Origin: Rhodothermales bacterium | Lineage (GTDB): Bacteria > Bacteroidota > Rhodothermia > Rhodothermales > UBA10348 | Length of the DNA: 64,000 bases | Direction of reading: 5' to 3' | NCBI GenBank assembly: GCA_029249345.1 | Contig: JAQWHM010000007.1 | Location: 29,793 to 93,792 of the forward strand | Shown: positions 19,682 to 29,848 of the stretch, piece after piece | Numbering within the stretch: position 1 is the stretch's first letter | Layout: every line of letters begins with the position of its first letter | The notes under the pieces: generated by a model | Databases searched by the model: none | What the model was told of the DNA's origin: nothing | What the model saw: the letters and a program-made list of their open reading frames with translations, nothing else | Translations under genes and position numbers: made by a program

Positions 19682-21010
19682 ATGTCGGAACTCCCCAAAT
19701 CATATACCGCTTTCGACCGCTCTGTGGAAGGAGCAGCCGCTTTCGATAGGACAGACGAGTTGCGAAGCTATCGAGATCGCTTTCATATTCCACGGAAGGA
19801 GTCAGGGGAGCCCGTGGTGTACCTAACAGGCAACTCCTTAGGTCTTCAACCGGATACGGCAAGAGAAGCCGTTAATGAAGTGCTGGATGATTGGGCTACA
19901 TTCGGAGTGGAAGGACACTTTCGGGCCAAGCATGCTTGGATGCCGTACCACGAATACCTCACCTCAGCGACGGCCGCCATCGTAGGCGCGAAGCACTCAG
20001 AGGTGGTGGTCATGAATTCACTGACGGTGAACTTGCACCTTTTGATGGCCAGTTTCTACCGCCCTGAAGGAAAGCGAACTAAGATTTTGATCGAGAATCA
20101 TGCGTTCCCTTCTGACCGCTACGCTGTACGATCACATATCGAGTGGCACGGCCTGAATGCAGATGATGAATTGATCATCGCCGGTAAATCCAACAATCTG
20201 GATATCCTTCCTGAAACTAAAATCGAGTCCATTCTTGAAGAGTTTGCGGATGAGATCGCGCTTGTGCTCATAGGAGGTGTGAACTACTACTCCGGCCAAC
20301 TATTCGACATGCCACGCATTACCCGAGCAGCGCATGCAGTTGGGGCCAAAGTAGGATTTGACCTAGCACACGGTGCAGGGAATGTGGAGCTTAAGCTTCA
20401 TGATTGGGATGTGGATTTTGCCGCATGGTGCTCCTATAAGTACCTAAATGCTGGCCCCGGGGGGCCTTCTGGCGTTTATATTCACGAGCGACACAGCCAG
20501 TCAAAGATGGGCCGTCTCGCCGGGTGGTGGGGACACGACAAATCCTCCCGTTTTGAAATGCCGGATGCTTTTGAGCCTATCTCCAATGCGGAAAGTTGGC
20601 AAATGAGCAACCCACCCATTCTCTCACTCGCTGGTCTGCGGGCCTCATTGATGATTTTTTCTGAAGTGGGCATCGCATCGCTTCGTGCCAAGAGCCTCAA
20701 GTTAACGGCCTATTTGGCCCACTTGATTGAGCATGATCTAAGTGAGGACATCCATATTATTACGCCTAGCAATCCGTCCCGCCGCGGAGCGCAATTATCG
20801 TTGAGAGTGCTCCCGCGGAGCACATCCTCCCCGCCCGATTCGCCTTCCAGAGGCCGGCGAATCTTTGAACACCTAGAAGCTGCCGGTGTGATTTGTGACT
20901 GGCGCGAGCCGGATATTATCCGGCTCGCGCCAGTGCCTCTTTACAATTCATTTGGGGATGCTTGGCTATTTGCTGAACATCTGAAAAAAGCGTGTACCCG
21001 TATTGTCTGA
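19682..21010 (+). CDS. kynU: kynureninase
   Basis: 442 aa with YLTGNSLGLQP, the DFAAWCSYKYLNAGPG PLP-lysine region and WWGH motifs. Confidence 0.9.
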   Translation: MSELPKSYTAFDRSVEGAAAFDRTDELRSYRDRFHIPRKESGEPVVYLTGNSLGLQPDTAREAVNEVLDDWATFGVEGHFRAKHAWMPYHEYLTSATAAIVGAKHSEVVVMNSLTVNLHLLMASFYRPEGKRTKILIENHAFPSDRYAVRSHIEWHGLNADDELIIAGKSNNLDILPETKIESILEEFADEIALVLIGGVNYYSGQLFDMPRITRAAHAVGAKVGFDLAHGAGNVELKLHDWDVDFAAWCSYKYLNAGPGGPSGVYIHERHSQSKMGRLAGWWGHDKSSRFEMPDAFEPISNAESWQMSNPPILSLAGLRASLMIFSEVGIASLRAKSLKLTAYLAHLIEHDLSEDIHIITPSNPSRRGAQLSLRVLPRSTSSPPDSPSRGRRIFEHLEAAGVICDWREPDIIRLAPVPLYNSFGDAWLFAEHLKKACTRIV

Positions 21011-22361
21011 TAACAAAACCCATGCGGTCATTACGGGAGGCGGCTTAGCCGGCTCTCTGCTTGCTCTGACGCTTGCTGAACGCGGAATGCGAGTCAGTGT
21101 CGTAGAAAAAAGAGGCGACCTCAGAAGCGAGGAGGCTCCCTCCGGTCGCTCTATCAACCTCGCTTTATCTGAACGAGGCATTCATGCGCTCAAAGGCGTT
21201 GGCCTAGCAGATACGGTGCTTGAGAATACGATTCCAATGCGAGGACGCATTATTCACGCAGTCAATGGCGAAACCAAGTTCTTGCCATACAGCAGACATT
21301 CCCATGAATTTATCCGGGCGATTTCCAGACCTGGGCTGAATCGCGTTCTGCTTCAAAGGGCAGGCGATAACGATCAGATCGAGCTCCATTTCGATACCGC
21401 CGTATCCTCGATTGATCTAGTCCAAAAAACGATCTCAATTACGGGTTCTGATGGCCAAGCCAACAGCTTATCCTATGACCTGCTGTTCGGAGCCGATGGT
21501 GCGGGTTCAGTGGTCCGCTCTGAAATAGAGCAATCTGTAGATCTTGGATATCAACAGAGTATGCTCGCGCACGGATACAAAGAACTCACGATTGGCCCTG
21601 AGGCTGACGGTGGATTCAAGTTGGAGAAAGAGGCGCTACATATCTGGCCTCGGGGGACCTATATGTTGATTGCTCTTCCCAATATGGATGGTAGCTTTAC
21701 GTGTACCCTGTTTTTGCCTCAAAACAGTACTCCAGGTTTTGAGCAATTAACCACTCCACAGGCCGTAGATGCGTTTTTCTCAGATCAGTTTGCGGATGCA
21801 AAAGAGCTCATTCCGGACCTAACCGAGCAGTTTTTTGCCAATCCAACGGGCGTTCTGGGCACCATTCGATGTCAAAAATGGACCGCAGATGGAGCGACTC
21901 TTATTCTTGGCGATGCGGCTCACGCCATCGTTCCCTTTTTTGGGCAAGGCATGAACTGCGCCTTTGAAGATGTATCGGTACTCGCAGACTTCATGGATTC
22001 GAGTAATTACGCTGATTTTTCAGATCTATTGGCCGATTATGAAGCGAGTCGTATTCCGAATGCGAATGCCATTGCTGACATGGCGCTCGATAACTACATC
22101 GAAATGCGAGACCTTGTCGCCGACCCTGTTTTCAGACTTGAGCGATCCGTTGCTTTGGAGTTGGAGCGCAGACATCCGGACCACTTTATTCCAAAGTATT
22201 CATTGGTCTCCTTCAATCGCATCTCGTACCAACGAGCGCACGAAATTGGACACGCTCAGCAGCATATGCTGAAAACACTATGTCAGGATTGTACAAGCCT
22301 GGATGAGATTGATTGGGACCGAGCTGCATCGATGGTTCTGACATTGCCCGAACTTTCCTAA
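21003..22361 (+). CDS. kmo: kynurenine 3-monooxygenase
   Basis: FAD fingerprint AVITGGGLAGSLLA and the LGDAAHAIVPFFGQGMNCAFED motif. TTG start overlapping the kynU end by 8 nt. Confidence 0.9.
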   Translation: MSDNKTHAVITGGGLAGSLLALTLAERGMRVSVVEKRGDLRSEEAPSGRSINLALSERGIHALKGVGLADTVLENTIPMRGRIIHAVNGETKFLPYSRHSHEFIRAISRPGLNRVLLQRAGDNDQIELHFDTAVSSIDLVQKTISITGSDGQANSLSYDLLFGADGAGSVVRSEIEQSVDLGYQQSMLAHGYKELTIGPEADGGFKLEKEALHIWPRGTYMLIALPNMDGSFTCTLFLPQNSTPGFEQLTTPQAVDAFFSDQFADAKELIPDLTEQFFANPTGVLGTIRCQKWTADGATLILGDAAHAIVPFFGQGMNCAFEDVSVLADFMDSSNYADFSDLLADYEASRIPNANAIADMALDNYIEMRDLVADPVFRLERSVALELERRHPDHFIPKYSLVSFNRISYQRAHEIGHAQQHMLKTLCQDCTSLDEIDWDRAASMVLTLPELS

Positions 22362-22373
22362 GACAGGTAGGCA

Positions 22374-23474
22374 TTACGCCCGATCTGGATGCCAGTGAAA
22401 ACCAAGCTTCTGGCGGACATTTTCTGGAAGTTTAGGAAGCTCTGAACGGGGAATGAAAAAGGTGGTCAAGTTGTTCAGATCCCCAAATACTCTGTTGTGC
22501 TCAGCAGCTTTTCGAAGGTATTCCCCTCCAGAAGAACCACCCGTACCAATTTTCGTCCCGATCATTCGCTTGGCCATCAGCGCATGACGATAGCGCCAGT
22601 TGGTAAAGTTCTCATCGATATCAACCAGCGCCTGCAAGAGACGGAAAGGTAGATGTAAAATGGGCTCATCCCGATACAATTGAATGAGCAAGGCGGCCTG
22701 CAGCGCGCGATGAGAAAGTCTCACTTCTTTACTAGCCAACAAGTCCGCGTATTTTTCGGCACTAAACAGGGCCGAAAAATGGGTCCTAGTACCGTCCAGA
22801 TTTTTCATCTGGGCCGTTTTCTCGTCCTTCGTCAGTGTTGGATTTGTCTGAATGTGATCGGCATCAGAAGAAAGCATCCGATCTACAGCTTCTTTATAAG
22901 ACTCCCAAAAATCAAACATCCCTACCTGAATAAACGGAGTGCGTTCGAGCCACGATTCCACTAAATCAAACAGGGATGGACTCTCTTCCGTCGCCTCGAC
23001 TTTGTGCCGATCTGTATCGGAATAGCGGGAAGTGTACTTCGTTTTCGTAAATGCGTGGCGGTCATGAGGACGCATGCCCATCTTGTTCTCTACAATTCGC
23101 CACTGTGCACTCTGGAATCCAGAAGCGGGAATCAATTCATCCCGGAAGTCCAGAAAATCGAGCGGCGTCATCGTTTCAAGAATATTAATCTGCTGAATCA
23201 ATACCCGCTGGATCTCGATAATCCGCTCCAGGTGAGATACAACCTTTCCTAGATCGCCTTCTTCAACAGCCTCCCTGTTTAACAGACGAACCACTCCATC
23301 TATTTCCCAAAGAACCTGCTTGAACCACAACTCATACGTCTGGTGAATGATGATGAACAGCATCTCATCATGAGCTGGATCCCCTTTGTTGCCCGATTTC
23401 AGATCCTGCGCACCTAGAATAGTCTCAAGCTGCAGATAGTCGCCGTAATACAGGCCTTTGGGTTTTCCGCTCAT
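22374..23474 (-). CDS. kynA: tryptophan 2,3-dioxygenase (long, eukaryote-like form)
   Basis: 366 aa with YGDYLQLETIL, HDEMLFIIIHQTYELWFKQ, SGFQSAQWR and GTGGSSG motifs. Its start overlaps the hpt stop by 4 nt. Confidence 0.9.
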   Translation of the reverse strand: MSGKPKGLYYGDYLQLETILGAQDLKSGNKGDPAHDEMLFIIIHQTYELWFKQVLWEIDGVVRLLNREAVEEGDLGKVVSHLERIIEIQRVLIQQINILETMTPLDFLDFRDELIPASGFQSAQWRIVENKMGMRPHDRHAFTKTKYTSRYSDTDRHKVEATEESPSLFDLVESWLERTPFIQVGMFDFWESYKEAVDRMLSSDADHIQTNPTLTKDEKTAQMKNLDGTRTHFSALFSAEKYADLLASKEVRLSHRALQAALLIQLYRDEPILHLPFRLLQALVDIDENFTNWRYRHALMAKRMIGTKIGTGGSSGGEYLRKAAEHNRVFGDLNNLTTFFIPRSELPKLPENVRQKLGFHWHPDRA

Positions 23475-24055
23475 TGAATCTGGTCCATCTGATCTTCTAG
23501 AATGTAAATGTCGGCCAAATTTCGGCCAACCTGTCCGTAGTCCAACCCATAACCAACGACAAATAAGTTGGTGATCTTGAATCCAACGTATTCCAACGGC
23601 ACATCTACTTTTGTGGCCTCATGCTTGTGCAAAAGCGTAGCGGTCTTTAATGACGCGGGACCAGCTTCCGACATTTGGGAAAGGATGAAATCCATTGATA
23701 ATCCCGTGTCTACGATATCCTCAACGACAATCACATGCCGGTCTTTGATATCCGCATCAATGCGTTTCAACTCCTTAACGTCTCCAGAGGAAATCTTATT
23801 GGCTCCATAGGAGGACAGCTTCATGAAATCGACCTCGCAATCGATATCAATCGAACGCATCAGATCTGACAAAAAGATAAAAGCGCCGTTCAATACCCCG
23901 ATTAGAATGGGCTTTTTGCCCTTATAATCAGCAGAAATCTGAGCCCCGAGTTCCTTCGTGCGACTCTTTAGCGTTTCTGCAGTGAGGTACTTCCGAAACC
24001 GCTCACCACGAATGATAACAGTTTGCTCGTCGTGAACTAGAAATGTGGCTTCCAT
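23471..24055 (-). CDS. hpt: hypoxanthine phosphoribosyltransferase
   Basis: PRPP-binding motif HVIVVEDIVDTGLS and typical Hpt length (194 aa). Confidence 0.9.
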   Translation of the reverse strand: MEATFLVHDEQTVIIRGERFRKYLTAETLKSRTKELGAQISADYKGKKPILIGVLNGAFIFLSDLMRSIDIDCEVDFMKLSSYGANKISSGDVKELKRIDADIKDRHVIVVEDIVDTGLSMDFILSQMSEAGPASLKTATLLHKHEATKVDVPLEYVGFKITNLFVVGYGLDYGQVGRNLADIYILEDQMDQIQ

Positions 24056-24104
24056 TCAGGTTTTGATGGTGTGAGTATAAACGCGAACATGAAAATACAC
24101 GCCT

Positions 24105-25484
24105 TCATCCAAAGAGTTTGGTTTTATTCCAAACCAAATGCACAATGTTGGTGGTCTTTTCAGTGACCTTGAATCGTTCGTCGATTCGGTGTCCGACGAT
24201 CCAGGCTAGTTTACCAGCCGCATCCACAACCGGCACTTCTTTTTTATGGGCTGCTGAAACATGCGCATCCGTTAGAAATGATTTTACCTTAGTCGATCCT
24301 TCTGACCCGAGCGGACAAAACCGATCACCATCCCTCCATCTGCGCATTACAACCCAATTACCCAGTGCATCACCGTCTAAATAAGCTTCGTTTTGATGTG
24401 CTTGATTCAATTCACTTGGTTCAATGAGAATGGCCTCTACCCGTAAGCTTCCCCCACCTACTACAATCTCAGAGCCTAGCACCAATGGGTTGAAGCCTAC
24501 TTCCGCCCAAGCATCCTTGAATAGCGGGGAAAAAGTTAGACCGTCTCGTTCCCTGGTTACACGCACCGACCCAACTTCAACATGTCGCCCCGTCTGACTG
24601 CTCAAAAGCCGTTCAACCGTTTCAACGACGGTCTTCCGCCTAGGTGCTTCTGGGTCAATTTCGCGAATGATCTCTAAAACCATCCAACCTCGAATAATGG
24701 GTGGAAGCGCCTTCCATTCTCCTTCTGAAAGGTGTCTGGTTTCATGGAGGGCGTTGAGCAAAGTCTTCTTCAGCTCTGCAATGCGCGATTGAAGACCCAA
24801 CCCTGCATCACGAAATGCTCGATATTCCAGTAACGGCATCGAACCTAATTCCTGCCGGAGCGCATTCCGTGCGTATTGCGGATTGGTATTGCTCTTGTCC
24901 TCCCTCCACACCAGACCCCGAGACCGGGCGTAGGCCGTGAGGTCTTCGCGATTAAAGGGCAGCAGTGGACGAAATAGTGTGATCCCACTGTTCAATTGGC
25001 GCACATCAGACATCCCTGAAAGACCAGCTAAGCCCGATCCTCGATTCAGATTTAATAGTATGGTCTCGAGTTGATCGTCCGCATGATGGGCTACGGAAAC
25101 CTGCCCCAAGGATTGCTCTTTGGCCAACTGAGCAAACCAAGCATAGCGTACATCACGAGCCCACTCCTGCATGGATCCACGTTCGGGTTGCTGATTTGTT
25201 AGGTCCAATTCGTGGTAGCACACTTCGGTGGAAGCAGCCAGCTGACGAACCAAATCAGCATCTTTGAACGAAGCAGCGCCCCTCAATCCGTATTGAACGT
25301 GAGCTATTTGCAGCGGAACCTGAAAGTGCAATAGAAGATCTACCAACACGATAGAATCCAGTCCCCCACTTACACCGACAAGCACTGGCTGTTCTTTTTC
25401 GAAACGATCAAGGCTGAGGAGTCGTTTTTCGAAACGATCTAGAACGTGTTGAACTCCGGTATCTGTATCAAGGGCAACCCTCAT
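24105..25484 (-). CDS. tilS: tRNA(Ile)-lysidine synthase
   Basis: PP-loop VGVSGGLDS, and a C-terminal TilS substrate domain (RRWRDGDRFCPLG...KVKSFLTD). Confidence 0.9.
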   Translation of the reverse strand: MRVALDTDTGVQHVLDRFEKRLLSLDRFEKEQPVLVGVSGGLDSIVLVDLLLHFQVPLQIAHVQYGLRGAASFKDADLVRQLAASTEVCYHELDLTNQQPERGSMQEWARDVRYAWFAQLAKEQSLGQVSVAHHADDQLETILLNLNRGSGLAGLSGMSDVRQLNSGITLFRPLLPFNREDLTAYARSRGLVWREDKSNTNPQYARNALRQELGSMPLLEYRAFRDAGLGLQSRIAELKKTLLNALHETRHLSEGEWKALPPIIRGWMVLEIIREIDPEAPRRKTVVETVERLLSSQTGRHVEVGSVRVTRERDGLTFSPLFKDAWAEVGFNPLVLGSEIVVGGGSLRVEAILIEPSELNQAHQNEAYLDGDALGNWVVMRRWRDGDRFCPLGSEGSTKVKSFLTDAHVSAAHKKEVPVVDAAGKLAWIVGHRIDERFKVTEKTTNIVHLVWNKTKLFG

Positions 25485-25495
25485 GACATTACCCG

Positions 25496-27382
25496 TTAGG
25501 GTCGCTGGTCAAACCGCTCGCGCAATTCTTCCCCGGACATAGTGATAATAGTTGGCCGGCCATCAGGGCCTACATATGGAGATTCGCACTGGAAAAGCTG
25601 ATCGATCAAGGCACGCATCTCTCTGGGAGACAACGTATTGCCTGATCTAACTGCTCCTCTTCTAGCTACAGATCTAGCCAAGTTCTCCTGCCCCGAAAGT
25701 CCATCTACGCGCTCAAACAAACGGTACTGATCAATGATTTCATCCAAGACGCTGCGTTCATCGCCAGTTGAAGTATCGGCCGGTACACCACGTACGGATA
25801 CCTTGTTTTTCTTCTTTGGCTCGACATCAAAGCCGAGGCGATTGAGATCAGGCAGAAGACTTTCTAGCAGCGCATAATCGGCGGCAGAAAACTCAATCTC
25901 ACGGGGAAACAGTAACTGCTGAGATAGCCCAAAGCCCTCTTTTAAACAGGACAACGCCTGCTCATAGAGAATGCGCTCATGAGCCGCCTGTTGTTCAATG
26001 ATAACCAACCCAGAACGAATCTGAGTCAGGATATAGGTATCGTGCAACTGCCAGAGCAGTCCTTCCTCTCCAACACCGTCCTTTGCACTATCAACGGGCC
26101 GCGATTGGCCTGCTGGGAGCGTTACCGCTCCTTCGTAAAGCGATTTGGAAGCGGCTCCAGTTAACCATGACGTAGCCGGATCTGCTGAATAGGAAGGGCG
26201 ATGACCGGACTGTAGGCCTCCAGAAGGGTTCTGAGACGATGGCGTTGCAGATTGAAAGCGATCAGCCAAACCCAAGTCTAGGTGATGTAGCGGCTGAGCT
26301 TGGCTTATATCGGGCGTGCCCAAGGACGTGCCGAGTGCGCGCCGTACCACGGCGCGCAGCATGCCATAAACCCCACGCTCATCATCAAATTTCACTTCCG
26401 CTTTAGTCGGATGCACATTCACATCTACATGCCGCGGATCGATGTCCAAGAAGAGAACAAAAAATGGATACGAGCCCTCAGGGAGAAGATATTCGAACGC
26501 CGAAAGCACAGCATGTTCGATATAACGATGTTTTACATAACGACCATTTACAAACAAAAATTGCTGGCCTCTAGTTCGCCGAGCACTTTCAGGAGCACCT
26601 AAAATACCGCGAACGGCGAGATAACTGGTAGACTCTTCAACTGAGATGAGGGTCGAACCTTTTCCAATCGGAATCAGGTCGGCTGCTCTTCTTTTAAGTC
26701 CTGTGTCTGACTCCTCAACGGACACTTTTTCGACTTCCAGCAACATGTTGCCTTCGTGCTCGACGCGGAAACCGACAGACGGATGCGAAAGAGCCAACAC
26801 CTGGATCATATCCAGTATATGCTTCAATTCAGTCTGTGGGCGCTTTAAAAAATTACGACGAGCCGGTACATTAAAAAACAAGTTTCGGATAGCAATGGAC
26901 GTTCCCTGCATAGGGGCCGCAGGCCCGTCTTCAACAAGCTCTCCTCCATCCATTCGAATCATGAATGCTGGCGCCTCTCCTGAAGTACCCGAACGCAATT
27001 CGACCTGAGAAACGGATGCGATAGAAGCCAGCGCTTCTCCGCGGAAACCCAGCGTATGAATGGCTTCTAGATCTTCAACCGTTCGGATTTTACTTGTCGC
27101 ATGACGCTCGAATGACAGTAGAGCATCGGATGGCGACATGCCACAACCGTTGTCTATCACTTGAATTAGCGAACTTCCGGCATCTTTTAGCAGAAGCTGA
27201 ATATCATCTGCCCCTGCATCTAACGCATTTTCTACCAGTTCTTTGACGGCAGACGCGGGACGTTGCACCACCTCACCGGCAGCAATTTTATTGGCCAGCG
27301 AAAGGGGCATTACTTGAATAATGTTGCCTACTTCCTCCATTACAAGGGACTGTTCCTTTCTCACGCCCTGTCTTTCACTCAC
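25496..27382 (-). CDS. mutL: DNA mismatch repair protein MutL
   Basis: LANKIAAGEVVQRPASAVKELVENALDAGA, GFRGEAL, and a C-terminal dimerisation domain. The true start may be M15 (27340). Confidence 0.9.
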   Translation of the reverse strand: MSERQGVRKEQSLVMEEVGNIIQVMPLSLANKIAAGEVVQRPASAVKELVENALDAGADDIQLLLKDAGSSLIQVIDNGCGMSPSDALLSFERHATSKIRTVEDLEAIHTLGFRGEALASIASVSQVELRSGTSGEAPAFMIRMDGGELVEDGPAAPMQGTSIAIRNLFFNVPARRNFLKRPQTELKHILDMIQVLALSHPSVGFRVEHEGNMLLEVEKVSVEESDTGLKRRAADLIPIGKGSTLISVEESTSYLAVRGILGAPESARRTRGQQFLFVNGRYVKHRYIEHAVLSAFEYLLPEGSYPFFVLFLDIDPRHVDVNVHPTKAEVKFDDERGVYGMLRAVVRRALGTSLGTPDISQAQPLHHLDLGLADRFQSATPSSQNPSGGLQSGHRPSYSADPATSWLTGAASKSLYEGAVTLPAGQSRPVDSAKDGVGEEGLLWQLHDTYILTQIRSGLVIIEQQAAHERILYEQALSCLKEGFGLSQQLLFPREIEFSAADYALLESLLPDLNRLGFDVEPKKKNKVSVRGVPADTSTGDERSVLDEIIDQYRLFERVDGLSGQENLARSVARRGAVRSGNTLSPREMRALIDQLFQCESPYVGPDGRPTIITMSGEELRERFDQRP

Positions 27383-27406
27383 ATACTACGCTCAATTGAT
27401 TACTAT

Positions 27407-27616
27407 CTACCCACCGAGCTGAACGTACACATACGTCGCCATGGCAAACAGCAATAGAAAATAAATGATACCTGCGGGACTACGACGCTTCGCTTTGCTC
27501 AAGCGTTGAACCCGCATCCGCTGCTTGATCTTCTCCTCTTTCTTCGGGTTATAAAACCGCGGTTCGTAATCGAATCGTTTTGGACGAATACCCCGTCCAG
27601 AGCTTAGGATTCCCAT
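27407..27616 (-). CDS. small basic tail-anchored membrane protein (hypothetical)
   Basis: 69-aa ORF with a Lys/Arg-rich N-terminal half followed by one C-terminal TM helix (GIIYFLLLFAMATYVYV). It sits between cdsA and mutL on the same strand. Confidence 0.45.
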   Translation of the reverse strand: MGILSSGRGIRPKRFDYEPRFYNPKKEEKIKQRMRVQRLSKAKRRSPAGIIYFLLLFAMATYVYVQLGG

Positions 27617-27687
27617 AAGTCTTTACTTTCAATATAAAACGATAGAGACTGTATACCTGAAGCACTGCTGCCTCGTTCCTCAACAGT

Positions 27688-28509
27688 TTATCCACCGATA
27701 AGGCCCGAGATGTGGACCAAATACAAGTAATACATAGGCGCGGTAAAGATAAGCGAATCAAATCGATCCATAACGCCCCCATGCCCGGGTAGCAAAGAAC
27801 CCGAGTCTTTGACGTCTGCACTGCGTTTGACCGCACTCTCCAAGAGATCACCGAGTTGTCCCCAAAAGCCGCCCAGCAACGCCAGAGCGAATACATCCGT
27901 CCACGTAAGGAAGGCCAAGATGAACAGTTTAAAGGCCACTGCAGCCAAAATGGCAGCTACTAGCCCACCTATCGTACCCTCCCAGGTCTTATTCGGGGAA
28001 ATCGATGGAGCAAACTTGTGCTTTCCGATAGATTTACCCGTGTAGTACGCGCCCGTATCCGTCACCCATATCAAACAGAACAGCATGAGGGTCAGTGTAA
28101 ACGCGTCTGAAGCACCGAGGACTAGGCCGGCTTCCCATCGAATATCAATGAAAAAACTGAACAGCCAAACAGGATATACCACGGTGAGTACCGATCCCGC
28201 CATACGCTCTATCGTAGGCCCTGGGCCCAGCCGAATCGTAGACAGTAAAAAGACCATAAAACCCAATAAAAGCAGTGCATCCCAGTAAGGAACGATGAAT
28301 CGAAGTAACAGAAGCGCACCCAAAATCACGGACCAGATCCCGCTTGAATGCCAACCTGTTTTTCGAATCATAGTCGACATTTCCCAAACGCCTCCAAGGG
28401 CGACTAAAGAAATGAATCCGTAGAAGACCCATCCTCCAAACCAAATGGAACTCAGGATAAGAGGAATGCCAACAATGGCAGTGGCTATGCGAGCGACACC
28501 TTGTTTCAT
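27688..28509 (-). CDS. cdsA: phosphatidate cytidylyltransferase
   Basis: Polytopic membrane protein with the CdsA signature SAVKRSADVKDSGSLLPGHGGVMDRFDS. Confidence 0.9.
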   Translation of the reverse strand: MKQGVARIATAIVGIPLILSSIWFGGWVFYGFISLVALGGVWEMSTMIRKTGWHSSGIWSVILGALLLLRFIVPYWDALLLLGFMVFLLSTIRLGPGPTIERMAGSVLTVVYPVWLFSFFIDIRWEAGLVLGASDAFTLTLMLFCLIWVTDTGAYYTGKSIGKHKFAPSISPNKTWEGTIGGLVAAILAAVAFKLFILAFLTWTDVFALALLGGFWGQLGDLLESAVKRSADVKDSGSLLPGHGGVMDRFDSLIFTAPMYYLYLVHISGLIGG

Positions 28510-28811
28510 GATTGCTCTCGGTTGGGAGGGTCGACGTTTTCGGGATTCGAAGCCAAAGCTAGGGTGGTCAATTCTTCGTCTGTCGGAGCGTGTTGTCTAA
28601 GAATGTTGATCGCCTTGAGTTCAAAACCCGGCTGCACGAGCACGTACACCCCGGACGCTGCACCCACATTGAGATTAAAAGCGTGGTCTCGTTTCGATAG
28701 GACCACCACATCTAGCCCATTCTCTTTCAATCGATCCCCAACGATTTCGGCTTCGTAATCACTTCCAGATTCAAAAACGGAAACCCATCCGTCAAATACT
28801 TTGCGTTTCAT
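28506..28811 (-). CDS. DUF2007-like small protein (putative signal-transducing domain)
   Basis: From the ATG at 28811: MKRKVFDGWVSVFESGSDYEAEIVGDRLKENGLDVVVLSKRDHAF, resembling DUF2007. It overlaps the CPBP stop and the cdsA start. Confidence 0.5.
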   Translation of the reverse strand: MKRKVFDGWVSVFESGSDYEAEIVGDRLKENGLDVVVLSKRDHAFNLNVGAASGVYVLVQPGFELKAINILRQHAPTDEELTTLALASNPENVDPPNREQS

Positions 28812-29745
28812 GATCTGCTCCGTCTGGTTCATTCCCGTCAGGCTGTGCCACATCCTCAACCTGACGATGTAACACGACTAATACCCCAATCAACACGATA
28901 GCGGCCGGAATCACAACCGCTAAGGGCATTTCAAATGATTCGAGATCGAATCCTGCATCCTCTTTAGAAGCAAAGTTGCCTAGAATGGCTGCAAATGAGT
29001 TATTAGCCAGATGGACTAAAATAGCTGGCCACAAACTGTTCGTTCGCCAAGTGAGATAAGCCATAAAGACGCCAAGCATCGAGAGCGGAATCGCTTGTGT
29101 CAGTCGCAAATGATACAGACCAAATACAATGCCGGAGAATAGAATACCCCAGAGAACACCCATGCTTCGTTCCGCCTGTCGCTGGACATAGCCACGGAAG
29201 AGTACCTCTTCGCAGATAGCCGGGGTAAGCGCCAACATGGAAATACTGAAAATGAGACTGAAGTCATGCGTGAGAATCTGTTCTATCAGATCCATCTGTG
29301 CCTGCTCCATTTCTCGAATGGCCTCTGGCCACGGAATCGCATCGCTAATGACTCCAAACCATTGTACAACCGGAATCAATGCCAAGAGCGCGACCACAGA
29401 CAAGACCAATATCTTGCCATTAACGGGGTTCAACCGGAGAAATGGCTTCCAATTGCTCGTGTGCAGTCGGCTAAACAACAGGGCCGGTAGCAATAAACCA
29501 AGAAACTGACCAACCGTATTACCCATAATTAGGGACATTGGGTTGTCAGCAAAGACGCCGGTTACATCAGCCATTAAGTCGGCAAAAGAAACACCTGAGC
29601 CGAGTAAAAAAACCAATGCTGCGACTGCAGCGATTACTTGAAATAGCAAAAAAGCGACGATCAAGCCTATTATGGCTGTCATCACAGGTGGAAAGGCGGC
29701 GCGTTCAAGCCGACCATCCAACGCAAATTCTGATTGTGGAGACAA
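28792..29745 (-). CDS. CPBP (CAAX/Abi) family intramembrane metalloprotease
   Basis: Polytopic with motifs EEVLFRGY, FGLYH and HLANN. Confidence 0.8.
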   Translation of the reverse strand: MSPQSEFALDGRLERAAFPPVMTAIIGLIVAFLLFQVIAAVAALVFLLGSGVSFADLMADVTGVFADNPMSLIMGNTVGQFLGLLLPALLFSRLHTSNWKPFLRLNPVNGKILVLSVVALLALIPVVQWFGVISDAIPWPEAIREMEQAQMDLIEQILTHDFSLIFSISMLALTPAICEEVLFRGYVQRQAERSMGVLWGILFSGIVFGLYHLRLTQAIPLSMLGVFMAYLTWRTNSLWPAILVHLANNSFAAILGNFASKEDAGFDLESFEMPLAVVIPAAIVLIGVLVVLHRQVEDVAQPDGNEPDGADHETQSI

Positions 29746-29848
29746 AATCTAGGTACAGGTGGTTCGAAAGGTGCGGGCAAATGTTGTCGTCAAACGCACC
29801 AACTCGGCCGAGGTCCCGCTAATACTAATTCTAGCTCAGAGGAATGAG

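Noticed and set aside
25395-25439. Exact 15-nt direct repeat TTTTTCGAAACGATC, twice, 30 nt apart, inside the 5' end of tilS (gives LDRFEK...LDRFEK)
   Set aside because: It is in-frame and preserves the ORF. It most likely reflects a small slipped-strand duplication in a poorly conserved N-terminal extension. It is too short to argue for a regulatory or mobile element.
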